Shown piece by piece: positions 25,501 to 37,109 of a stretch of 64,000 nt of DNA (its first letter is position 1; each line of letters begins with the position of its first letter). The stretch covers positions 3,395,943 through 3,459,942 of the forward strand of contig CM082595.2 in the NCBI GenBank assembly GCA_040954595.2, given 5' to 3'. This DNA comes from Balanoglossus misakiensis. Its lineage: Eukaryota; Animalia; Hemichordata. The notes under the pieces are model-generated. The model saw only the letters and a list, made by a program, of their open reading frames with translations, was not told the origin of the DNA and did no database searches. Made by a program: the position numbers and the translations under genes.

Positions 25501-26170
25501 GTGATTTTGTCATTTTGAGACGTTTTTCATGGGTTATAGCTCATGAAAATTGTCAAAAATGGCAAATTCTTGACTTTGCCAACTTTGGTGATTTTGTCAT
25601 TTTGGCATTTTTCATGGGTTATAGCTCATGAAAATTGTCAAAAATGGCAAATTCTTGACTTTGCCAACCTTGGTGATTTTGTCATTTTGGGACATTTTTC
25701 ATGGGTTATAGCTCATGAAAATTGTCAAAAATGGCAAATTCTTGACTTTGCCAACTTTGGTATTTTTGTCATTTTGGGACGTTTTTCATGGGTTATAGCT
25801 CATGAAAATTGTCAAAAATGGCAAATTCTTGACTTTGCCAACTTTGGTGATTTTGTCATTTTGGGACATTTTTCATGGGTTATAGCTCATGAAAATTGTC
25901 AAAAATGGCAAATTCTTGACTTTGCCAACTTTGGTGATTTTGTCATTTTGGGACATTTTTCATGGGTTATAGCTCATGAAAATTGTCAAAAATGGCAAAT
26001 TCTTGACTTTGCCAACTTTGGTGATTTTGTCATTTTGGGACATTTTTCATGGGTTATAGCTCATGAAAATTGTCAAAAATGGCAAATTCTTGACTTTGCC
26101 AACTTTGGTGATTTTGTCATTTTGGGACATTTTTCATGGGTTATAGCTCATGAAAATTGTCAAATTCTTG
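22535..26170. repeat. 87-bp tandem satellite (40+ monomers) with higher-order duplication
   Basis: Consensus CATGGGTTATAGCTCATGAAAATTGTCAAAAATGGCAAATTCTTGACTTTGCCAACTTTGGTGATTTTGTCATTTTGGGACATTTTT; period 87 (e.g. 25801 to 25888); variant blocks recur at a 1559-bp offset. Confidence 0.97.
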
Positions 26171-26349
26171 ATGGTTATCATTCTTTTTGTGTAATTAATA
26201 TTGTTGTTAAACTTACCCTGATTTTGTTCTTTGCATTGCAGTGAGTTGCATTAAAGTCAAGGTGAAATCAATTCAATTCTCAGATGATGGTTTGAAAAAT
26301 CCAAGAGTACAGCTTAAGGTAAGACCAAATCAATCTCAATTGGACACTC

Positions 26350-27677
26350 TAAGTTTTTTCTTAATGTGAAAGCATAGAGTAAAGCCTGAAAAATTTCTAA
26401 GTGTTTTTAATATCAAAGTATAGAGTAAAGCCTGAACAATTTCTAAGTTTTTCTAATTCGAAAGTATAGAGTAAAGCCTGAAAAATTTCTAAGTGTTTTT
26501 CTTAATGTGAAAGCATAGAGTAAAGCCTGAAAAATTTCTAAGTGTTTTTCTTAATGTGAAAGTATAGAGTAAAGCCTGAAAAATTTCTAAGTGTTTTTCC
26601 TAAAGTCAAAGTATAGAGTAAAGCCTGAACAATTTCTAAGTTTTTCTAATTCGAAAGTATAGAGTAAAGCCTGAAAAATTTCTAAGTGTTTTTCTTAATG
26701 TGAAAGCATAGAGTAAAGCCTGAAAAATTTCTAAGTGTTTTTCTTAATGTGAAAGTATAGAGTAAAGCCTGAAAAATTTCTAAGTGTTTTTAATGTTTCA
26801 GTATAGAGTGAAGCCTGAAAAATTTCTAAGTGTTTTTAATGTTTCAGTATAGAGTGAAGCCTGAAAAATTTCTAAGTGTTTTTAATGTCAAAGTAGAGAG
26901 TAAAGCCTGAAAAATTTCTAAGTGTTTTTAATGTCTAAGTATAGAGTGAAGCCTAAAAAATTTCTAAGTGTTTTTAATAAGTATAGAGTGAAGCCTGAAA
27001 AATTTCTAAGTGTTTTTCAATGTTTAAGTATAGAGTGAAGCCTGAAAAATTTCTGTGTTTTTAATAAGTATAGAGTAAAGCCTGAAAAATTTCTAAGTTT
27101 TTTTAATATCAAAGTATAGAGTAAAGCCTGAAAAATTTCTGTGTTTTTAATAAGTATAGAGTAAAGCCTGAAAAATTTCTAAGTGTTTTTAATGTTTCAG
27201 TATAGAGTGAAGCCTGAAAAATTTCTAAGTGTTTTTAATGTCAAAGTATAGAGTAAAGCCTGAAAAATTTCTAAGTTTTTTTAATATCAAAGTATAGAGT
27301 AAAGCCTGAAAAATTTCTAAGTGTTTTTAATAAGTATAGAGTAAAGCCTGAAAAATTTCTAAGTGTTTTTAATGTTTCAGTATAGAGTGAAGCCTGAAAA
27401 ATTTCTAAGTGTTTTTAATGTCAAAGTAGAGAGTAAAGCCTGAAAAATTTCTAAGTGTTTTTAATGTCTAAGTATAGAGTGAAGCCTAAAAAATTTCTAA
27501 GTGTTTTTAATAAGTATAGAGTGAAGCCTGAAAAATTTCTAAGTGTTTTTCAATGTTTAAGTATAGAGTGAAGCCTGAAAAATTTCTAAGTGTTATTAAT
27601 AAGTATAGAGTAAAGCCTGAAAAATTTCTAAGTGTTATTAATAAGTATAGAGTAAAGCCTGAAAAATTTCTAAGTGT
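26350..27677. repeat. 42-49-bp AT-rich tandem minisatellite (~30 units)
   Basis: Core AAGTATAGAGT(A/G)AAGCCTGAAAAATTTCTAAGTGTTTTT with a variable-length linker. Confidence 0.95.
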
Positions 27678-27895
27678 TTTTTTTTTTTTTTTTTTACAAA
27701 AAAGCAGACACCAAGAATTGAAATTTATTGTATTTTATTTCATTTTCATATTTCATATTTCATATTGAAATTTAACTCGTATTCACTTGTCGTTTCAGGT
27801 CTATCTGTTGAATGGTTGATGACCAATCGAAAGAAGTGGAGTCCAGCCGGGATCTGAAAAGACAAGGCAAGTGTTAGAAAATGCAAGTTATGTAC

Positions 27896-27969
27896 GGGGC
27901 ATATACAAGTTTCAAAAATTTTCTAAGTTTTCTTTGACTTAGAAAATTTTTGAAACTTGTATATGCCCC
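27896..27969. repeat. Perfect 33-bp-arm inverted repeat (8-bp loop)
   Basis: GGGGCATATACAAGTTTCAAAAATTTTCTAAGT and its exact reverse complement. Confidence 0.9.
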
Positions 27970-28109
27970 AACGTGGAGGTATAGACAAATTTCAAATTTT
28001 TAGCGTTTCTGACTTAGTTTTTTTTTTCGGCTTTTAATATGCCATCCCTAGCCCCCACCCTAACCTCCCCATGTGTGTACTGCAGAGACTAATAAATCTC
28101 CAGCACAAC

Positions 28110-28287
28110 TCTTACTTCGGTTGAGCTAAGTTAAATTTTTTTTTACAAGTGCATTATGGGCATCATAATCTATGCAAGATCTTTTCAGATGCAAAACATT
28201 TTTTGCATTAGAAAAGATCATGCATAGATTACGATACCCGTAATGCACTTGTAAAAAAAAATTTAACTTAGCTCAACTGAAGTAAGA
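28110..28287. repeat. ~178-bp near-perfect palindrome
   Basis: TCTTACTTC.GTTGAGCTAAGTTAAATTTT... arm and its reverse complement with a few mismatches and almost no loop. Confidence 0.9.
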
Positions 28288-28779
28288 CACACACACAATT
28301 ACATTGCTAAGTTATTCTCCTAATCCAATTTTATTTTATTTTCGTCCTTAGGTGCAGGGAGATTACCATGGACTTGGTTGTACACATCAATTAAGATTTA
28401 ATGCAATTTTGGAATCTATCAATCGTACAATATTCCTAAGTTTTAAAACTATTGACAGTTATACATGCACACATTCTAGACTGCCTTATTTCTATTATTG
28501 TCAGAGCATTTCAAACTTGTCCGCTTATTTTATAAAGTAAATAAAAGAATTGTGTTATTCGAGAGAAATTGTCTGTTCTGTCTTTGTGGTGACCCTGACA
28601 TTCATTACGAACACTAGCTGTGATTTTTATCTAAAATGCAATGAAATTGCATTATGCTATTTTAGGAACTGGGTCAAAGTCTTCTGAATTGACTGGAAAT
28701 TAACATCCCTTATGGAGGAACATGCTAAAGGCAATTTCAGATTTGAATAAAGTGAGGAATACTGCAAATTTTTTAACTA

Positions 28780-28879
28780 GAAACACTCTCAAATTTGAAT
28801 TTCAAAATGGCCGCCAAAATTTACTGAGAAACATTCTCAAATTTGAATTTCAAAATGGCCGCCAAAATTAACTGAGAAA
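28780..28879. repeat. 48-bp tandem duplication containing AAAATGGCCGCC
   Basis: GAAACA(C/T)TCTCAAATTTGAATTTCAAAATGGCCGCCAAAATT.ACTGA at 28780 and 28828. Confidence 0.85.
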
Positions 28880-31865
28880 TATGCTAAAGGCAATTTCATT
28901 ATAACCAATTAGACGTGATAAATCAACAATGAGCACAATTTTCAGACTTGACTGTTCTGTGCGACTCCTAAATCAACTGGAATTGTAAATATAATTCTGT
29001 TTCAAATTCAGTCAGTTTTCACTTTCTGTAATGAGTTATTGCAATTTTTATTCTTCATGTGAACAAACTTTGTCAGCTCATTTTATATGAATAAAGATAA
29101 CTTGCAAAATTCAAGAGAAGTTGTCTGCCCTCTCTTTGTGGTGATCCTGACACTCTTTAAGGACACTATCTCTGATGTTTATATTTTTCCTTCTGTGGAT
29201 TCCCTACAATAACATATTGGAGGTTTATAGTAATTATGCATGTGACCTATGATATCATTCAGGGATTAAAGAAGCTAGTTTATCAAAGATGCGAAAAGTT
29301 AAAATGAGTTCTACATGCTACCCTTAAAGACTAAACATATAGCCAGAAATAGTTTATGAAACTTACTACAGTCAGCTAACATTTTATCCAAAATGCAATC
29401 TGGCTACTATTAAGAATTAATTATTAAGCTCTTTTAGGACTTGGATTAAACTATCATTTTAGCAGATTATACTACATGAATCTCTGGGGATCATCCAATA
29501 AGATGACCACTGTTACTTCATATGGCTATCCAGACAACACCTCGCAACAGCCACAGAGATCAGAACACCTGACCTCTGGGGATGGTCAAATAGATGACCA
29601 TGCACCAAGACTGTTACTTCATATGGCTATCCAGACAACCTCGCAACAGCTACCAGAGATCAGCAATTCACTCTAATAAAAGACTGTTAGGACTATTTGA
29701 CAGGGGAGGGGGGGGGGAACCTGTATTTTGCTAACACTACTAAACTTGGCAATGCCCAGACACATCCAATAAAGTACACACATCCAACAACGTTTCTCTT
29801 TATTATTGTTCATTATTAAAGTGACAAAATTGCTCTCTGTTGACCTATGTTGATATGAATATTTATATGCCTTTCGACTTTTTGAACTATGCCAAAAAAA
29901 ATTCTGTGACAATGTTTACACTTCAGGAAACCGCGTTGATATAGCCAAATACACGTGTTTTGCTTATGCTTGGATGAACAATCTTTCAAAACTGTAGGAC
30001 TGACATGCACTAGCTACTCTTATGGCAAGACAATAACAGATCTCGCGAAGTCTTCTGCACACTTGCAACTGACGAGTCAGGATCATCTCTATAGGTCACC
30101 GTCATGAAAATTCTGCCATTTGCTTGAAAGGGCTTGTCCTGCGCAACTTTTTTGCTGTTGCGCACTGACTAATTTGATGGACAACTGCCCCAATGAAAAT
30201 ACATTGCAATAAAATATTATCTAGCGAGTCAATAGCATTTACATGAACACGATTGTCTGCCATCAATACATCTGTCTGACTGAATCTTATTTAATGAAAT
30301 GAGTGACGTACCTTCACTGCACTGCTCCATCGTAGCTCCCAAGAATGCGCATCTAAAGGACAGAAAACAAAAGAAAAGTAAGTTTCATGAAGACAAATGT
30401 AGCACTAAAATGACACAATAAAATTCTCACGCTTACTTGTGAAAATTCTCGCAATCCAGGGCAAAAATAGACAAGAGAAGCTTTGTGAATAAAGTCCACC
30501 GTTTTGTTCATAAATAAATATATTCAAGCCGTTTCTTTAATAACATGTTAATTTACACCACTGCATTCAAGGGTCCCAAACTGGCCGTCCCCACCAGAAA
30601 ATGGTAGAGTCCACGGTGCGCTCGCCTGGCATGGCGAAAACACTTCCAACATTTTTTCGTGAATAAAATTTTTCGAAAGTCTCACACCACCAGCGACAAA
30701 ACCCCGCCTTAGCAACCCTTGATTATGAGGGGTTATCAGCTCGAAATAAAACGATGACAACCGTAACTCTCAAAATACCATTTCATGTTCGCAATGTACA
30801 TGCGCCATTTTGGTTGACATTTCGAAAGTCCGACACTTCTGTGGTCAAAACTCCGCCCAGGAAAGGCAAGTTTCATGAAGACAAATGGACCACTAAAATG
30901 ACAGAAATGGAATCCTTTCATCAAGTTGCATTTATGAATTTAGAGATACGTAAACAGGCAAATTTTGAACTCGATACTTTCCAGTGAAGCAAAGTTGAAC
31001 AACGTGCGAGCGGCCATATTGGCAATGAACAACATGGATTTCTCCATGCTTGCGCAAAAGACCCCCCCCCTAACAATGGCTATTTTTGCTTGACTTCTAG
31101 ACATGGCTCAGTTTCACAAAGGGGGAAAAAACATCATGACTTACCTCAACCGGTGACATATTTGGCGAACCAGTTTACCAAGTGTTGAAATTGGGAAGGC
31201 AAAATTTAGGTTTTCACTGGGAAAATCAAAGAAATGGACGCGTGGTGAAAGCAACCGCACGACGAAATGGAAAGTGTGACGTCAAGAACTACCTCATTAT
31301 TCATAATCAATTGATAAACAAATTTTGTTTTGACAGACTGACCATTCACAGACTGCAGATAGGAAATACTGCCGATAGTGATTTGCATAGGTGTATGCTA
31401 ATTGAGAGCCAGCAGACCAGCTGTGTTCATGCAGGAAACAGCCAATCATTGACTTGTAATCATTCAAATAAACAAATCATTAATATTCAATGGTACGGAT
31501 GAAACGTTGCGTTGTGGCCGAGTAGGTTTACCTCTCTAGAGGGCGCTGTCAATGACATTTGGCTTCAAAGGTCATTGACGGCGCCCTCTGGAGGGGCAAC
31601 GAATAGTTTATTTTGTTCTAGTCACCAATAAGATCATAGGTACACCATTGATCCACAGACGAAATCCACATTTCATAAGTTTATTAAACAGAAACATTGT
31701 AATATAAGATACATACCACTTCCAAAGTACCAATTAAACTGCACCGAAGCTTCAACCATCTGCCAAGAGTCATTTTGTGATTTGTCAAAATGCATAAAGT
31801 GGAAACAATACATTAATGATTTGTCTGAATTGAGAAGCTCAACCAATAATTTCTTGATTGTGCCT

Positions 31866-34114
31866 TCACATGATCGGTTGAAGATATGGTCGGTCCCCAT
31901 GGTAACCGACATTGGTTCCGCTATCTGAACTTGGGTGGCGCTCTGCGTCCTCTTTTTCCTGCTCGCTTTTCTCGATGTGCAAGACAATAATTCTGTACAC
32001 CTGCAGAATGATTATCAAGATATTTTTGATGGTGAAGAAGATGTTCATGTGGGTGACGACGCGGTACTTGATAATCAGGATGAGGCGGAAAATGAGGAAT
32101 GGGCCGTCCTGCATAACCAGGGTGATGACGATGCCCCAGGCCTCGCTCTCCAGACATGCGCATCTCGGGTCGGTGTCCTCCCACTCCTCGTCTTCCGGTC
32201 TCACTGGGATGATCAAACCGGGGTCCGGATCACGTGACATGTTGGGATCAGACGGATCGACTTTTCGTTTCCGCTGCAACAGTCGCAGGAAAATCAGTCT
32301 CTTCATCCGGGTGGTCGGTTCCGGTGGTGGTGGCCGGGTGGTCGTTGCCAGCCGCGTCTTGGGCGCCATGGTTACCGTGACGACCAGCGTGAACTGCATG
32401 AGGCTCCAGGTCCACAGTGTCATGGTGGTGATGATCAGCTCTCTGTCATACTTCACAGTGTCCTCCTTGAACACCTCGAAAAATTCAATGATGTCAGCCG
32501 CCACGCCGATGTACACCAATAGCAGCTGAGAGAGCTGGTCACGTGTTATCTGTCCCTTTGGCAGAATCCATCTGCCGATGATGAGGATGAAGAGCAGAAT
32601 TTGCTCCATGGCCAGAGCCCAATCTTCGTCGTTCTGTGAAAAGGAAACGTGACATATCGAGAAGTTTATATGTCGATGGTAACATCTATGCCTATTTAGC
32701 TCTTATTTTTTTCCAAATAAAATTGCCTATCCTCCATTTGACAGGAGACCAAAATATCTCACATGCATTACTTTTTAACATAAAAAATGGTGACAATATA
32801 AATGTACATTACCGATCCGCTGGCAGTTGTGCCACGCGATTCCAGTCGTTTGTCCAGTAAGTCTAATTCCAAAAACCATATACAGGGGATTAGGCTGCTC
32901 AGATAGAAGAACACACTTGGGCAGAACCTGAAAATCAATCAATCAATCAATCAAAAGATGTTAACAGGCTGTACACAACAGTATCAATTTACTTGGAAGA
33001 AGACACTGGCATCAGCGAATCCTTTACGGTATAGTCTATGAAGCAATGAATGATATTTTATATTTCGCAGGTTCAAGAGACATTTGACCAATCTCCGGGC
33101 TTTCACTCACCCACTCTTCAAAGTCACCCGCCAAGATTGTTAAAATGCTTCGAGAGCCGTCGGGAGAACAGCCACACGTTTAACTTGTCCCGAATCGTTA
33201 GTATTGAGATGCCCTTGATGTCGACCTATATAAGAGGCGTTGCTATGCCATCTAATATATCTGGCAACTGATACCTTATAATTTTTATTTTATCACTGGG
33301 GTTTAATACTTTGAAACACGTTTATTCTGCGCACACAAACAACAGTTTCATTGCTGTCTGCCTTCATTAAATAAGTCTTGTAAAGTTGTTAATTATAAAT
33401 CATCTGTTATGAATTAAAGTTTAATTCCCTTTCTCTAATTGAGTCTTTATTGCCGATAACGTCGACATACTGTAATACAACAAGGTGACCCCCTCCTCCA
33501 AGCTAAACGATCACTGCCGGCTGCGTTTACAGACACCCTAATTTGGCTGACGCCGTGTTTATGATCGGACCGTCCGTCCTGCTGTGCGACTTCATATTAC
33601 ACTCCCTAAGAATCAATTGCTATTAATTTGATGAAACATCACAAGCACAATTGCTTTGAAATTAAAAGGCGTGTTGGACATGATCTAAATATTTACTAAC
33701 ACCCGCTCAATTATTTGGGGTATTGCACGTTCAAATCTTGCTTAGTTATGGATGGTATAATCTCTTCCAACATTACACTAAGATGCTGCAAAATATGCTC
33801 CTCTTTTGAGACATCTTAATGGAGCAGAACATGTACTACCACTGTTATATCCACGCCATGACGATTTCACAAATATTTTCAGCATCTAATATGACCAACA
33901 CTTACCATTTCCATTCTTCCCCCTTCTTGATCACCATGGTGACGATGGTCTCCACGGCGAGTCCTCCCAGCGATAGCAACAGCAACCAGTATGACCGACT
34001 CTTGACGTGCGTCACCCGCCAGGTTGCGGTCAGCCCGTGGACAGCGAAGAGCGCCCGGGTGGTCAGCGCTTTGGTCACCGTGAAGCACTTGAAGGATTTC
34101 GCGGCTTCGGCCAT
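31866..34114 (-). CDS. TMEM26: Transmembrane protein 26, ~363 aa
   Basis: Exons (minus) 33906-34114, 32813-32927, 31866-32633; phases 2,0. Motifs ALTTRALFAVHG, KWFCPSVFFYL, EQILLFILIIGRWILPKGQITRDQLSQLLLVYIGVAADIIEF, WTWSLMQF, MQDGPFLIFRL, FFTIKN..LQVYR. A likely non-coding upstream exon has its donor near 35477. Confidence 0.93.
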
Positions 34115-37109
34115 GATCGTTCGTCACTTTGTGGTCCTGTCCCAGTCAGAGAAGTCACAGAGTTTCACATGACCCTGCTTGGTCGTGTCCAGACGCTCTT
34201 CTATCGATTATACCGTACTGACCAGCTTTACTGATATCTGTGGTGGAACAAAAAGTATCGCTTTAGAGTCGTTTGGAGATGGCATATAACGAATGTTTGC
34301 GCAAATTCTATCGATTCTAGGTGCGTAACAGTGAAAGGTATAATGCTCGGTGTTTCACAAGATGTTTCCAACAATAAAGAGTGTTAATAACAAATGTCTT
34401 TAATGTTTCTATTCAATTTAAGTATAAAAAGTAATACTGGGATCCGTATGTTTAATTCCTCTAAAGCACAATAAACGTTGTGGCTGAAATCCATCATTTG
34501 CCGTATAAAATACCTTACTATTGATGTGGGTCTATTATGTGAAAATATATACCTTAACCGGAGTTTGGGTTCTCTTTGGAATTCTAAGTATTATCACAAA
34601 CTAATGTGCTTTCACGCGTGATTAGCGACTGAACGGTGTTTTTCTTAACAAATCTGTTCACCTCAATGCAAACCCTGGTTTCACCAGTGATAAATAAAAG
34701 CGAAGACTGGAATTTCATCTCTGACGTCAGAGTAACAGTGCATGTAGCACACGCCGTGACTAGAAGCTCCTTTAAATGCCAAATAGAACCAACGCATAAT
34801 GCTCGAAATCATATCCGTGAGTAAACACGCCAATTTTTTATTAAGGAAACCAAAATATTAAATCACCTCAAAACGTTTGATTCTGCTGATAGGAGTATCG
34901 ATTTATTTCCCTGCCATGTTGATCCAGCAAATGTTCTGCGCAAATCCAATTTTAGTTTGGTTTGGTTTTATATTACACATGTTACACATCTCAGAGGTAG
35001 AAATTACTTTAGCAATAAGACGCCAATCAAACTGGAGATCTTGATTATTCCTTGGTTACGTGTAACGTTAAAACAGAAATCACTTTTCCCCACCTTTCCT
35101 GGGGATAAGGCAGGAGAAATTTTTACACTAAAATCGTGCTCCCTATATTACACGAAAAGTAGTGGTTGTGAAGTATGGACCGTTTTAGTCATAACCGTAC
35201 CCAGATCTCTTAGACAGGCAACGAAATCATCAAGTGGTAAAAAAGCAAACACGAACCACTTTAGACAACACGAAAATCTGATTTTTGCTCAAATATTCCA
35301 CAAATATTGTGAAACTCGTAAATCAAAATGCATGAAACTCTTGTTCGTACATGTAGCAACAGTTTCACACATTTTGAGAGGCACTTTCTTCGAAAATGTT
35401 CACACAGATATACACCCAGACAAACGGACAGACATACATACATACAGACAGACAAATAGGGAAATGAGGAGACTTACCAGGGATTACGTCAATTCTCAGC
35501 TTTCCAGCTTGCCGTGGTTAGAAATAAGTAGAGATAAGTATCCCGCGGCTGCAGAAAGTGGCTGGCAAATATCGCGGAGATCGAGAGGTGGGATTCATTC
35601 TCTTGGCTCAGACTATAACAAATGCAAACATAGACTTTGTTTGATATGGCAACATTTCCATGGCACTTTGACAACGGAAAGTGACGGCGGACATTCAAAA
35701 GCGGGCCGTACCATTTAACTGTGGGAGGGTGCAGCCGATATCCCATTATCCATTAATTTTAATACAAAATGTGAATACCAACCTCTGTGCTTTACTTCCA
35801 ATGTTACTATGTGGGTGCGGTTTGAAGTTTGCTAATAACACGGACAGATGGAAAAATACATATGGCGATCATTAAAGCCATGGGGACCAAACATACAAAC
35901 ATGCCAAAACTGCCAAATAACACACAATCCAGAGTCCTTTGTTCACCATCAACCAAGGCAGTAAAAACCGGTTGAGACTGAAACTGTAGTTATGGTAACA
36001 TGTTTTGTCGCAGAAGTTTCGTTAAGTCTATTGTAACAATACAGTTACGCATGCGTAGTTAAGAAAATATTAATTTAGGAAGATAGCTAACTGAAAGCCT
36101 TTTCTTATATGCACTTTTCACATGTTATTTCAAATATTTACCTGGCAGTTTCGCTTTCCTGGACAAACATAAGATGGGTTTCCACGGCAACACCTGAAAT
36201 GGAGTAATATAATTAACAAGACTTAAATATAATTCAGCACTTTAAATCGTGTTCACTTTATTTTGCGGAAACACTCATTTTATTTATCACTATCAAAGTT
36301 CATGACTCTGAATTATCTGAATATGCATAATTTGTTGAATTATTCTATTTATGGTGTTTATACTCGTTTTATCCCAAGGTAAACCATATGACCAACCAAC
36401 ATATGATCAACTTTTGATGCTATTATATACTTGCTACTATTTTCTCACAGGAAATTTGCACATTTTGTTTCCTTTAAATAAAAAAGAAGTCTCCTTTGAT
36501 CTTCCGTAAAATATCAGAGAAAATCGCAACTGAGTATTGACACTTAGCCTACCTAATTCTGAAATTTCTTCAACATTGATAACCGTTGCTTGAAGTCGGT
36601 GAATGGCAAGATCCCTGATATTACATCGCGAGGTGGTTCCGAAGTAATAATTGCGTTCTCCAATGTGTGCGCATGATCATATTTAAAGTTATGTAAACAC
36701 GCATTTCCGATTTCACTTTCATCGACAACATGACACGTTTAAGTAAGAATTTCCATTCGTCGGAGAGGCAGTTTTATTGCGATATTTGATTGAACATAGC
36801 CTGTTGATCTTTGGTGGAGGAAATAACGGACAATGCTGCCATATCCCTTAAATTAAGACCCTAATAGCAAGAAAGGTCGGTTTCATTTTCCAGGAAGGCG
36901 GTCAGCGAATCAGATTACCTGTATGGGTCTCGCAACCATGGTAACAAATTGCGTAGCTAAACGAATGGGAAAGTGTGTTACTATTACCCGGCCAGGAGGT
37001 CAAAATAATTAATGAATGGAGATTTCTGGGGGGGGGGGGGAATCAATCATTGTCATTCGCTTGCATAAAGCACCAGGTTTGCTAATTGCGCAGTGAGGGG
37101 ATATGGGCC

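Noticed and set aside
22554-26244. ORFs with 29-aa repeats (GHFSWVIAHENCQKWQILDFANFGDFVIL)
   Set aside because: Artefact of an 87-bp (multiple of 3) monomer; frames are broken repeatedly by indels and stops, with no sign of frame conservation.
26350-27677. CRISPR-like appearance of the 42-49-bp array
   Set aside because: Variable parts are only a few bases and recur; no unique spacers, no cas genes, eukaryotic context.
33111-33268. Possible extra TMEM26 exon (donor-like GTGAGT at 33110)
   Set aside because: Weak acceptor, and the flanking exons already join in frame to give the conserved KWFCPS.
34957-35718. 253-aa plus-strand ORF
   Set aside because: Non-ATG start, no recognisable motifs, includes simple repeats, and is antisense to the likely TMEM26 5' region.
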